Shown here: piece after piece, positions 36,305 to 48,206 of the stretch
Layout of the letters: each line of letters begins with the position of its first letter
Numbering within the stretch: the stretch's first letter is position 1
Source of the DNA: Haliotis rufescens
Lineage: Eukaryota
DNA length: 64,000 nucleotides
Assembly: GCF_023055435.1 (NCBI RefSeq)
Contig: NW_025963802.1
Location: 678,355 to 742,354 of the forward strand
Direction of reading: 5' to 3'
Program-made: the position numbers and the translations under genes
The notes under the pieces: generated by a model
Databases searched by the model: none
Seen by the model: only the letters and a program-made list of their open reading frames with translations
Told to the model about the DNA's origin: nothing

Positions 36305-37028
36305 GTAGGTTCCAGCTGATTGTGGAGGTTGTTTGTAGAAGACAACCATGTCTGGCTTTATGGCTTGGTAGTTACCTTATTTAACGTAATAAGTGCTCAG
36401 GGCGCACTCAAAATTAGAAATAGGGGGCGCTTATTAGAATATTATTTTTAGTTGAAAGATCGTAAATTTCGTGGTTTATGCTAACAACCTGAAATGTTTA
36501 CATACGACAGATATATTTTTCAAGAATTTAATTGCCCATAATTAATGGTGATATAACACAAGAGTGCGTATTATTCACGAATAAATAAGTCTTGCGTACA
36601 TTGATCAATCGGAAGGGATGCGGATTGGGATTGTTCACTAGCCAATATATTGGCAAATATCGCCGTGGGCGCTTATTAGAGTGGGGCGCTTATTACGTCA
36701 AATACGGTATGCTAAATTGCATTTTATCAGTAGTGCAATACAGCCTTCAAAATTCACACTAGCAGGATAGATGGAGAACACTTAGCAGCACTGAGTACAA
36801 ATTGAAATCCAATATTGGTAGTCCTCATTGACTAGTAGCATCTGAGGGCTATTATTCTGAACCAGTTCTCAATGCTTTATTTTTGCTAAAAATTGCAACT
36901 AAATAAAACTGATAGATTATGTTTTTGACAGTTTTCATTTTGTTCAAGCAGGACTAGCTGCAAATTGTGAGGACTAAATAAGGTGTACGCTAAGTTTATT
37001 TCTAAGGCTGAATGTATGTGTATTTCAG

Positions 37029-37178
37029 AATTGCAGTTCTTAAAGGTCACCAGCGTCGGGTCAACTCCTGCTCGGCCGACCAGTCTGGTAAGCTGGTGGC
37101 ATCTGGGGGCTGGGACAGTCAGATCAAGGTGTGGAACACTGGCTCCACGGAGATTGTCTGCCACCTGAACACAGACAG
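37029..37178 (+). CDS. TEP1: TEP1 exon (WD40): (R)IAVLKGHQRRVNSCSADQSGKLVASGGWDSQIKVWNTGSTEIVCHLNTD(S)
   Basis: Acceptor gtgtatttcag| and donor AG|GTGAGA. Confidence 0.85.
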
Positions 37179-39484
37179 GTGAGAGATCCAGGGTAGAATA
37201 GGTCTTCAGCAACTCATGCTTGCCATACAAAGGCGACAATGCTTGTCAAAAGAGGGCCTAACCTGGTCGGTGGTCAGGCTCGCTGACTTGGTTGATGCAT
37301 GTCATCATATCCTAACTGTGTGGATTGATGCTCATGATGTCAATCACTGGATAGTCTGGTTCAGACTTGATTATTTCCAGACCGCCGTCATATAACTGGC
37401 ATATTGATGAGTGCGGCGTTAAACAACAAACAAACAAAGTGGAGAGAGGACAAACAATCTAGCTACCGCTAAACAAAGATCTGAGGACATCCCATTACGG
37501 GTCACGTCAGACCGACTTTGCGTGAACTTTGACCGACCAATGGAATGACCAATCAGAAGGAAGCTTTAGGGCACTAATTTCTACTTGGCGACTACCCTTA
37601 GAAACATATTTTGACAAATTCTCGATTACAAATTTGAAACCTTAACAAAAGAACATTCTCGAATGGCCAATAGATGGTCTAGATTGTATGGATTCAGTCG
37701 TTAAACCTGTAACTATCTTTCGGAATACCCTGTGTTAAAGTTTTCGAAATTGCATGATTAGATCAATCGGAAGGGTGCTAATTGGGATTGTTCACTAGCC
37801 AATATACTAGCCAATATCGCCGTGGGCACTTATTAGAGCGGGGTGCTTATTACGTCGAATACAGTAATGCTTTTAACAGGATTTCAGTTATGTCACAGTG
37901 TGTCAGTGTGTGGAGGGAAATCCCGAAGTGATGCAGGTCTCAGATATTTACCTCTTTGGTGAAACCCACTCTTTAGTGTTGACAAACCCAGAACATAATC
38001 AGGGCGAACCTGCACTCAAACCCACAATCATAGGTTTCTAGAGTGCCCAAGGGCAACAACTCTGCCAAACAAATTGCAGTGCCTTAGACAACTGGGACAC
38101 CCATGCCGCCATGCACAGGGCCGTGGACACTCATCTGAGGCACTGCAATTGACTTACACAGTTGCTTCCCTTAGGCGTGCCAGGAACTTGTGATCAGTTT
38201 GAATCGCCCTTATTAGGTTTATTATCCTGGGCTCGTGGTTTTTGTCCAAGACCTGCATGAACTTGGGCTTCCCTTTCACTTTAAGCTACAATGTGATGAT
38301 ATGACCAAACACTCATTTTCTGTATGATGATTTATCATCAATTTGAGTATTCAAAACTACTTCCGGTTGAAGACCAGGAGTCAACTGAAACTTAACCAGA
38401 TATATTCTGACACATTGTGTGAAACCTGGGTTCTAGCTGGTTTTCACAAACTGACTTTTTGAAATTCAGACAATTGAAATCGAGGGGACATGTGTTCTGT
38501 CATGATACCAATGTCTGAGTTCAAGTTTTAGTGAATACTTTTTCTGGCTGTAGACAACAAACATTCTACCTGCACCTGTAGAGTGTGGTGTTCGCACCGA
38601 TCTGTTCACAGAGCACAGCTCAGATCCCGCTCACCCTGATCCATTTGAGGTTAAACCACAGACCTATGATTACTAATTGTATATCATTATCCCCCACCAT
38701 GAAGTTGAAGGGGGGGATAAAGGAATGGGTGCTGTCCGTCCGACCTTCCGTCCGTCCGTCTGTCACTTTTCATGATGCCTTTGGAAAGTTTGGGATTTTT
38801 CACGAATTTATTTTTCAAGTTTCCATAGCAACGACTTTGACTTAGACTGAAAATGGCAGTTGTTCGTTTCCGGAGGGCTAATGTCTTGCATGCAACTGGA
38901 CATGTCATTTTGGTGGGGGATATGAGTATTTCATGCTTGTTCACTTTTGAGTGAGTGAGTTGGGTTTAACGCCGCTTTTAACAGTATTCCAGTTATATCA
39001 CGGCATGTCAGCTTAATGCGGGAGGAAAGCCCGAAGTGATCCAGGTCTCAGACGTTTACCACTTCGGTGAAACCCAGGAGCACTGGTATGGTGCTGACAA
39101 ACCTAGAAACATAATCGGGGCGAACAGGGATTCGAACCCACAATCAAAGGTTTCTGGTGTGCCCAAGGGACGCAACTCTGCACAGCAAATCGGGGCGCCT
39201 TAGACGACTAGGCCACCCGTGTCCCCTTGTTCACTTTTGAACAAGCAATGAGAGTGGCCATGTGGTTAAAGTATTTGATTGTCATGCTGCAGGTCCTGGT
39301 TCAATTCCTTATGTTATCATTTCTGATTTTCCGGGCCGTTATATTATCAGAATATTGCTGAAAGTGGCATTAGACCATACTCTCTCACTCACTGCAGAAT
39401 AAATGGCACAGAAAACACAAAGCACCTCCAATAATCTCTGGTGGCTCAATGAAGGCTGTACAACTTTGTAACTTATATCCGCAG

Positions 39485-39590
39485 CCCCGTCAACTGTGTA
39501 GACTTCCATCCCGAGGGTCAGCTGATCGTTGCTGGGGGCTGGGACTCCACTCTCAAGATCTTTGATGTCTTCCATAAAAAGAGGAAGGCT
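39485..39590 (+). CDS. TEP1: TEP1 exon (WD40): (S)PVNCVDFHPEGQLIVAGGWDSTLKIFDVFHKKRKA
   Basis: Acceptor cttatatccgcag| and donor GCT|GTAAGT. Human has LNCVAFHPEGQVIATGSWAGSISFF. Confidence 0.88.
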
Positions 39591-40104
39591 GTAAGTACTT
39601 GTGTAACCTGAGGTCCAAGGATTTATGCAGGTCTGCTCAGAGGTCGATATTCAGCCCCAAGTCTGCAGCAAATTTCAGTAAAATTTCTCAAATTGGAACA
39701 GACATTTGTCAATTCATGCTGATATATTTATAACTAATGTTATACAGTATACAATAACAGAATGCTTAGTTTCACACTATTACATTGATTGAATGCAAAG
39801 TTACAATTTAAAGTAAAAATACCTGTGATTGTAATATGTAGGAAAATATGAACTTTAATCTTCTGCCGGAAATCAGAGAATCAGACATTTGATTGAAAGA
39901 CATTAAACCCATGTCTCTTTAAGCAAGTCTTTACTCAGTTCTAGCATGGTCTAAGTGCTTTAGAGCAGTCATAAACTGGAAAGTGTGCTATACAAATTCA
40001 TGATGTTATTAAATTTTAATACACCTCAGTTCCCTTGTTCTCTAGGATCATGTGTGTTAAGATCCTGTGGGTTTCCAGTAGTTTACATCTGTGGAATGTT
40101 GCAG

Positions 40105-40224
40105 GTGCTGCGAGGTCATAGTTCATCAGTGCGGGACGTGGCCTACTCTCCCTCCGGCCGACACATTGCCTCAGCAGCCCTGGACGGTGGTGTCAAGATC
40201 TGGTCTGCGACAAATGGCTCACAA
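40105..40224 (+). CDS. TEP1: TEP1 exon (WD40): VLRGHSSSVRDVAYSPSGRHIASAALDGGVKIWSATNGSQ
   Basis: Acceptor ggaatgttgcag| and donor CAA|GTACGT. Confidence 0.85.
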
Positions 40225-40289
40225 GTACGTTGAATATTTTGTGGACAGACTCACATATTGTTATTAAAAGATATTTTGATAACCTTGTG

Positions 40290-40560
40290 TAAATAAATTT
40301 GGACACATGGGTGCCGTTGTACAAAGTGATCTTAGTGCTAAGGTGGCCGTAACTCGCATACCTTAACATAGACTTACAACAGTCGTAACACTAAGGTTGT
40401 TTTGTACAATTGCACTATGGTCCTGTGTACAGCACACAGGTCACAAATCAGGGCCCACTTGCACAAAGTGATCTTAGCGCTAAGATGATCGTAACTCCCA
40501 TACTTTAACATAGGCTTACAATAGTCTTAGCGCTAAGATCGCTTTGTGCAAGGGGGTCCA
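40290..40560. repeat. Small palindromic MITE-like repeat (CTTAGCGCTAAG core), two adjacent copies
   Basis: Third copy at 59195-59320. Confidence 0.6.
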
Positions 40561-41416
40561 GGTGAAGATAAGCAATGTGGTTGATGAGAGTAGTTGGATG
40601 GATGACTCAGCTTGACTCCTGAGAGTTTCTTCGTCATCGTAAATGTTAGTCTTCTAGCGCCTCACGGGCAGCTTTGGTTGTACTCTGCCTATAGAGATGA
40701 GAAAGAAAGTCAAGTGGACACTGATCCAGTAACTGGGGTAACGATAATCTGTCACGGTTTAAGTACATTTGAGGCGTTATATATAGGAAAGCGTACAAAT
40801 TCATAACATATATAGTATATGGAATGGGTGTTGTCCGTCCGTCGTCCATCATGTTTCGTTTCTGGAGCAGAACTCAAAAACCATGAGAGATATCTTAACC
40901 AAACTTGGCACATAGATAGGTCTAGTGGTGAACTGGTGCCTTTTGATAGTTTGGGATTTTTGAAAAAAGTATTTTTCAAGTTTCCATGGCAACAACTTTG
41001 ACTTAGATTGAAAATGGCAGTATTGGCGGAGGATATGAGTATTTCATGCTTGTTCTTGGGGAATATAGCTTATGTACATTTACATGTACATATTCTGTCA
41101 GTTTTATTATCTGTCACATTTTTTTAGATAATTGAAACAATGCATTTTATGAAGAAACAGATTTATGTTCCAAATTTGACTGATTATATATGATTTTGGT
41201 CTGTGTTTTGATGACGTTTGTTACTGTATTGTTAACCTAAGAAAGTGAGGGTACCTCCTTCAAATTTACCTAAAGTATTTTGTGCTAACAGCTAGCTGTA
41301 TGTGTTATTGAAATACTGAGGAGTTTGACAGCTGCCCATTAAGGGTATCTTGAAATGAGTTTGACGTTGATGCTGGTTCATGTAACATAATATTTGTTTT
41401 GTTTCAGGTCGGAAAC

Positions 41417-41506
41417 ATCTGTGGTCATTCCCTGCCTATCAACAAACTGACCTTCACCCCTACAGGGAAGGAACTGGTCACTGTCAGTGATGACCACAAG
41501 ATTAAG
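41417..41506 (+). CDS. TEP1: TEP1 exon (WD40): VGNICGHSLPINKLTFTPTGKELVTVSDDHKIK
   Basis: Acceptor ttgttttgtttcag| and donor AAG|GTCAGT. Confidence 0.85.
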
Positions 41507-42448
41507 GTCAGTTTTGAAATATTTGCAGTTTTCATCAACTTTATAGTTTGTGGCCTCAGTACATTCATTATAAGATTTTATGTCAGTTTGCCACACTTCA
41601 TAGATTCCTGCTTCAGTTTATATATTTCCCTGTGGAGACCCAGGCTAGAATAGGTCCCAAACACTGGGACTTTGGTAATTGTGTGTCATTGTACCCTGAT
41701 GGTGTTTGGCGGTGCTCATTATATCATCCACTGGTCTGTCTAGCCCAGACTCCATTATTTACAGGCAGCTCAGGGTTAGAAACTTATATTTCACTGGTCC
41801 ACAAAAATTGTCTGCTACAGAGATGCCATCTTCTTTCTGGTAAAACAGGCCGCAATGAAATGTCCCTAGCTCTTCCTGAAATGTACTAGTCTTGGACTAA
41901 CGGGCTTGTGTTAGTTTGAACCCTGCTTCTGTGTGGAGCTGAAATATGCTCACTGAGGTGGAAGAACCACAAACAACAGTTTCTTCTATCAACTGCTAGA
42001 TGAATGGTCCCCAAATGGCCAGGTAATGGCAAGAGGCACTGTTGATCCCCATGTTATTCAGCTTGCACTGCTGTGTCCGGGATTTATCTACACCTGCTCA
42101 GAGACCAATAATCAGCCCCAAGTTAACAGCAGTGAAAATCACCAATTCGTGGTATTAAAGTTATAACTGATGTCATAGCCATAGCCATGCAGAGGTGGCT
42201 TCTAGTTCACTGATAACAGGACCAATAAACAGTAAGGGCTCTGGTGCTAGGCTTTACTTTAATGCATTGAGAGCAATGTTAAAAATCAATCTTAAAAAGC
42301 CTCTGAGTTTAAGAAATAAGAACTGTAAACAAATCCCACTTTTTAACAATTTTCCCCAATTTGCCTGCCAGGGGCACTTTGTAGATAAATCTGTGTATGT
42401 ATATGTTTGGTACGTGATATGAATATCTTGACCTCCTTTGACCTCCAG

Positions 42449-42596
42449 GTATGGTCTGGGCATCTGGGAGTTCCACTACACTGCCTGGGGTCAGAGAAGA
42501 ACGGACCGGTCACTTCTGTAGCACTCTCTCCTGGAGGAGATCTGGTTGCCGCGGGATACCATGAGGGCCATGTTCGCGTCTTTGATGTCAACACAG
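42449..42596 (+). CDS. TEP1: TEP1 exon (WD40): VWSGHLGVPLHCLGSEKNGPVTSVALSPGGDLVAAGYHEGHVRVFDVNT(G)
   Basis: Acceptor cctttgacctccag| and donor G|GTGGGG, phase 1 end. Human has LSVALSPDGDRVAVGYRADGIRIYKIS. Confidence 0.85.
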
Positions 42597-43040
42597 GTGG
42601 GGATCTGTTTACTTCCGTTGATTAGGTTAACTGAAGACAGCAATCAAGGGAAGTGATGGACGAGGGGGTCGATGATGTAACATAAATATTATCAAAAATA
42701 TAGTGTGATCGATGCTGTGAGAGAAAGTTGTGGTTTCCATGCTTTGCAGACTATTGTGATGTCATCTGCCACTGACGCTGGTTTGCTGTATTTGTGCACA
42801 CAAGACACTGCTTACTACTGATTACAAACTGAAAAAGTTGGAAGAACGTTATTGTATGATAAATAGAATGTTACCCTCATGTCTTTTTATATTAAATGTA
42901 TCAACACATGAGACTAAGTGTCATCAAGCATCTGAGTTTTCAACTTTTAGCGACATATACATGATATCAAAGGACACTCGGGTGAGGTTCTCGACGTCTC
43001 ACAAACAATGAAAACCTGACCCTCGTTGTTTACGCTGTAG

Positions 43041-43147
43041 GCATGCAGCTGGCAGAGGTGAAGCATCACAGTGCAGCCGTGAGAGCTCTAGCCTACAGTC
43101 GGGACGGACGCTACGTCTTCACAGGCGCTGACGACAACATGGTGCTG
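43041..43147 (+). CDS. TEP1: TEP1 exon (WD40): (G)MQLAEVKHHSAAVRALAYSRDGRYVFTGADDNMVL
   Basis: Acceptor tacgctgtag| and donor CTG|GTGAGT. Confidence 0.85.
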
Positions 43148-43968
43148 GTGAGTAGGAGGCAGGAATTGACCTCGGTCCATCTCATTCCATCGTGTTCAGA
43201 AATACAAGGTATGAATATGGGGGCCCATGCTGGAGACAATATCACGCTTCATTTGGTTTCAAAGAATGTACTAATGCCCTACCACTGCTCATGTTCAGAA
43301 GCCTTAAGTCTGTCATCGATGGGGATTTCAATGTTACATGGAAGAAAATCAACCACTGACACCCGGAACTTTCAATGTATTTCTCAACCGAATAGATTCG
43401 AATACTTCATTCTCAATGTGTATGCCTAAAGGATGCAGTACTTTGCATCCTTTAAAATGTAACAATTGATCAATCTATCGATGTAGTGCAGTTGTACAGG
43501 ATCAGGCCCCAATTGCAGTAAGACAATTAGGAGATAAACATACTGTGTTTTCAATGTAGAGCTAGGTTACCTGTAGATTTAACTGTGCTAAATTGAATTT
43601 GGAACCAAACGCGCAGTCTTTTGTACATTGTATACTTTTATCAATCGGAAGGGGTGCTGACTGGGATTGTTCACTAGCCAATATATTAGCAAATATCGCC
43701 GTGGGCGCTTATTAGAGCAGGGCGCTTATTACGTCGAATACGGTAATTATTTAAATATGCCTACCGACAATGACTGAAAATAGTACTATTCTATGAATAT
43801 TAGCTTCCGTGGTGATGCGGCCGTGAACCAGCTGTTTCAATCAGAGGGGGTTTATTGTGATTTAATAGCCTCTGATTGACCAATCAGAATCGAGTAGATT
43901 CCAAATTCATGGTCACCAGTTTGATAGTCGATGGTATGATATATGGTTGTAACATTGTCTGTGTGTAG

Positions 43969-44126
43969 ATGTTGGACGGAACCACGGCCACCAAGGTAGC
44001 ATCTCTGGAGGGACACACCATGCCAGTGCTGTGTGTGACGGTCACCGCCAAGTACGTGGCCAGCTGTGGGGAGGACTACACCTGCCTCATCTTCGGCTCG
44101 CCCCGGGAGTGTAAGAAGGCACTCAG
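43969..44126 (+). CDS. TEP1: TEP1 exon (WD40): MLDGTTATKVASLEGHTMPVLCVTVTAKYVASCGEDYTCLIFGSPRECKKAL(R)
   Basis: Acceptor ctgtgtgtag| and donor AG|GTAAGG. Confidence 0.85.
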
Positions 44127-45421
44127 GTAAGGAGGTTCACCAACTCCAAGTTGGAAGTCCTGGTATAGAAACCACATCATTGGTCAGACAGACATACGGG
44201 AAGGGGCATTGGCCAACTTATTAAATTATTAGGTCATTATGACCTACCATTTGTGAGTCACGCCGTGAAGATCAGGGTTAGAATTAGTCTTCAGCAACCC
44301 ATGCTCTACGTAAGGGGAGACTAACGGGATCACGTGGTCAGACTCGCTGACTTGGTTGATGCATGTCATCATATTTCAATTGCATAGATCGATGCTCATG
44401 ATGTCAATCACTGGATTGTCTAGTCCAGAGTCAAATATTTACAAACCACTGTCATATAGCTGGAATATTGCTGAGTGCAGTGTAAACAACAAACAAACCA
44501 AACAAATTTGTGAGTCACACATGAACTGTAGAACCCTTTGGATTTTTATTGACCTACCTTGGTTAAACATCATGGTCCTATTCAAGGTATTTTAGATGGA
44601 CTTGTGAAACTTTGTGAAAATCTGCCTCAGGTGCAGGGTTGGATGTTTTTGGTGTATATTTTAGGGGAGGGGGTGGATTATTTTAAGGGTCAGGGCTTTA
44701 AGGGTCTTCGCAGGTGGTCCTGCACAAAGGTCTATATGAGTGTTTTACCATTACAAGAGACCTGTGAAGACCCGGGTTAGAATGGGTCTCCTGCAACCCA
44801 TGTTTGCTGTAAGAGGCGACTGTGCTTGTCATAAGAGATGACTAACAGGATTCGGTGGGCAGGCAAGCTGACTTGGGTAGATGCTCATGATATCAATCAC
44901 TGGATTGACTGGCCCAGACTCGATTATTTACATACTGCTGTCATAAAGCTGGAATAAGTGTGATGTTTATGAACAAACAAGCAAACAAAAACAACAACAA
45001 ACAAACTATGGAAAGAGAGAGCATCTGATGGGTCTGCTCATGTTTTTGCTGAGGGCCACCAAAAATGGTTTCGCACTTGGTGGGGAATTGAACCCGGTGC
45101 TTCTGTGTGACAAGCAAATAATTTTACTACCTGACGCGATTAACCCTTTGCTTTAATGATCATCATGAGAATATCAGCCGAGGCATGTCAGGAGCTATAC
45201 ACTGAAGACACATATGCACACAGACTAAATGCGAGGCATGTCACGAGCTATACACTGAAGACACATATGCACACTGACTAAATGTGAGGCATGTCAGGAG
45301 CTATACACTGAAGACACACATGCACACAGACTAAATGCGAGGCATGTCAGGGGCTATACACTGAAGACACATATGCACACAGACTAAATGAGGTAATGGT
45401 GGATTGGTTGTGTGTTTCCAG

Positions 45422-45521
45422 ACCCTCCCCGATGGCGACCTTGAAGGGTCACACTGCCCCAGTGACCAGCTGCTCCTTCAACTCGAACCACACCAAGCTG
45501 GCCACAGCCAGTCGAGATGCT
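45422..45521 (+). CDS. TEP1: TEP1 exon (WD40): (R)PSPMATLKGHTAPVTSCSFNSNHTKLATASRDA
   Basis: Acceptor gtgtgtttccag| and donor GCT|GTGAGT. Human has LRGHEGPVSCCSFSTDGGSLATGGRDRS. Confidence 0.88.
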
Positions 45522-46260
45522 GTGAGTAACACATTATAGCCCTGGCTACCTTGTTTCATCATCCAAAACGGACTTCTGCAGGAGATACCACTGTGAGATC
45601 AAGCAATATCTCCCCGGAGAGAGATTAATGGAGTTGGAGGTGGGGGTGGGTTGGATGGGGGAAGGCGACATGAAAAAAGACACAGCGAAGGACTGGTCAT
45701 TTATGTTTGTGTCTGTGTTTGTCAAGAAATAATGTTACTTGTATTAGAGAGGAGGGGGTGCATGAACTAAAAAAACAAACAAACATAAAATTGGGGGTTG
45801 GGGGGGTCTTCAAACTATGATACAGGCCTTAGACCAATCCCACTGCCTGCCTCTCCACTGCCATTTTTATCTAACATAGGGCGGTCGGGTAGCCTAGTGG
45901 TTAAAGCGTTCGCTCGTCACGTCGAAGACCTGGGTTCGATTCCCGACATGGGTACAATGTGTGAAGCCCATTTCTGGTGTCCCCCGCCGTGATATTGCTG
46001 GAATATTGCTAAAAGCGGCGTAAAACCATACTCACTCACTATCTAACATAATAACATTGCGCTAATCTCCATGCACTGTGGCGTGTTCTAAGCACACACT
46101 GGACAGTTTCTAGAGATAGGCTTGACAGAAGAGATAAATCTTGAGAAGTGCTTTAAACAGGATAGGTTTGAGCTCAAATGGTAGCTGGTTCCATGGAACT
46201 GCTTATGAGAAGGACTTTCCCCATAACATGTTGACTCACAAAGTAAATTTCTTCTTTCAG

Positions 46261-46386
46261 TCTGTGATGATCTGGGACATGTTCCAAGTCCTACTGGACC
46301 CTGATGCGGTGGCGGAGAGGACGCTTCACGCCTGCCACAACGACTGGATCAACTCCTGCAGGTGGTCCAACATCGGCGACTACCTG
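46261..46386 (+). CDS. TEP1: TEP1 exon (WD40): SVMIWDMFQVLLDPDAVAERTLHACHNDWINSCRWSNIGDYL
   Basis: Acceptor ttcttctttcag| and donor CTG|GTATGA. Human has LLCWDVR...ACHRDWVTGCAWTKDNLL. Confidence 0.88.
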
Positions 46387-47269
46387 GTATGACAGTCACT
46401 AGATGAACAGTTTGTGTTTTCTGATTTTGACCACATTTTGAGACGTTTCCAGTTGGCACCGTACTGGCTCATTGCTCACCACTCAGTATCTTGCAGATTA
46501 CGGAAGGCAATGAGGGTGCCAAATGGCACTGGAATCACTTGGAAATGTCCGTAGACTAAAGTCAAGAGCCACCATTCCTACCCATAACCTACCCATTCCC
46601 CCTTTACCTCATTTGCATTACCTGATCCTTGAAGATCCAGGTAGAGGATATAGGTCTTCAGCAACCCATGCTTGTTGTAAGAGGCGACTGACGGGATCAG
46701 GTGGTCATGCTCGCTGACTTTGTTGTTGCGTGTCATCATATTCCAATCACGTAGATCGATGCTCATGTTGGCAGTCACTAGATTGTCTGGTCCAGACTTG
46801 TTTATTTACCACCGGCTGTCACATAGCCGGAATAAACAAACAAACAAACATTTGCATATCCATTTAGCTTTACTAGGTACATTTGCACTTACTTTCAATG
46901 GAGAATTCAAATCCTGGAAATATTATTGAAACTGATGGTGATTTCTTGTAAAAACAAGAAATGGTGAATCCTTTTCACATGATATTAAGACAGGAAGTCA
47001 AACTAAGTCATTTCCCACATGTTGGAGTAGTGCAGGCAAACTTGCAGCACCTCAGCCCAGATTGACAAGTGTCCGCTTAGCACAAGTTCTTTTCCAGAAA
47101 CACAGTCCGGAACACAGTACATGTAGTGAGAAATAACTCGAGTGCAGTTGCTCTTCGCTTCTTACAGTTGTAGAGAGATTCTGTTACTTGTATTTCATAA
47201 TCTGACATGTCAATATGGTTCGGCAAGTTAGCAGCTTGTCACTTCTCCACATTGGCCATGTATGCTTTA

Positions 47270-47745
47270 CTTGGATTACGGGTCAGAATACGTCTCAGTC
47301 AACCTGTGCATATTGTTTGAGGCAACTAAATGATTGGCGGTATAGTCTTCATGGATTCCAGGTTAGAATACGTCTCAGTCAACCTGTGCATATTGTTTGA
47401 GGCAACTAAATGATTGGCGGTATAGTCTTCATGGATTCCAGGTTAGAATACGTCTCAGTCAACCTGTGCATATTGTTTGAGGCAACTAAATGATTGGCGG
47501 TATAGTCTTCATGGATTCCGGGTTAGAATACGTCTCAGTCAACCTGTGCATATTGTTTGAGGCAACTAAATGATTGGCGGTATAGTCTTCATGGATTCCG
47601 GGTTAGAATACGTCTCAGTCAACCTGTGCATATTGTTTGAGGCAACTAAATGATTGGCGGTATAGTCTTCATGGATTCCGGGTTAGAATACGTCTCAGCC
47701 AACCTGTGCATATTGTTTGAGGCAACTAAATGATTGGGTATTTAG
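47270..47745. repeat. ~82-bp tandem array of ~6 units, derived from the 5' head of SINE family C
   Basis: The unit GGTTAGAATACGTCTCAGTCAACCTGTGCATATTGTTTGAGGCAACTAAATGATTGGCGGTATAGTCTTCATGGATTCC is repeated. Confidence 0.9.
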
Positions 47746-47948
47746 GCTCAGAGACTTCGTTGATTACTTGTCATTGATCAAGGATTATTGGTCAGATATC
47801 AATCACTGGTTTATCTGATTATTTTGAGGCTCCTGTTCTGTTGCTGGAATATTGCTGAGTCGGGGGCATTAAACAACAAGCAAACATGGACCCCTAGTTA
47901 GCACTTCATCATATGTGGCCACTTTCTGATGACTCCCTCATTCCCCAG

Positions 47949-48056
47949 GTGACAGGCTCCAATGATTTCAACCTGAAGGTTTGGGACGTCAAGACCGGAG
48001 CAGAGAAGAACAAACTGACCGGTCACATGTCTGCGGTCAACTCCGTGGCATTCCAG
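47949..48056 (+). CDS. TEP1: TEP1 exon (WD40): VTGSNDFNLKVWDVKTGAEKNKLTGHMSAVNSVAFQ
   Basis: Acceptor ctcattccccag| and donor CAG|GTAAAA. Human has ISCSSDGSVGLWDPESGQRLGQFLGHQSAVSAVAAV. Confidence 0.88.
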
Positions 48057-48206
48057 GTAAAAGGCTGGGCTGTTTTTCCACCTGGAAAAGTATTTAAGCA
48101 TTTAAAATTTAACTGCACTTGCTAAATGCTACAGAATTTATTCCAACATTATGTGGGGGACACAGGTGACTGAGTCATCTGAGGCACCACAACTTGCTGT
48201 GTTAAG

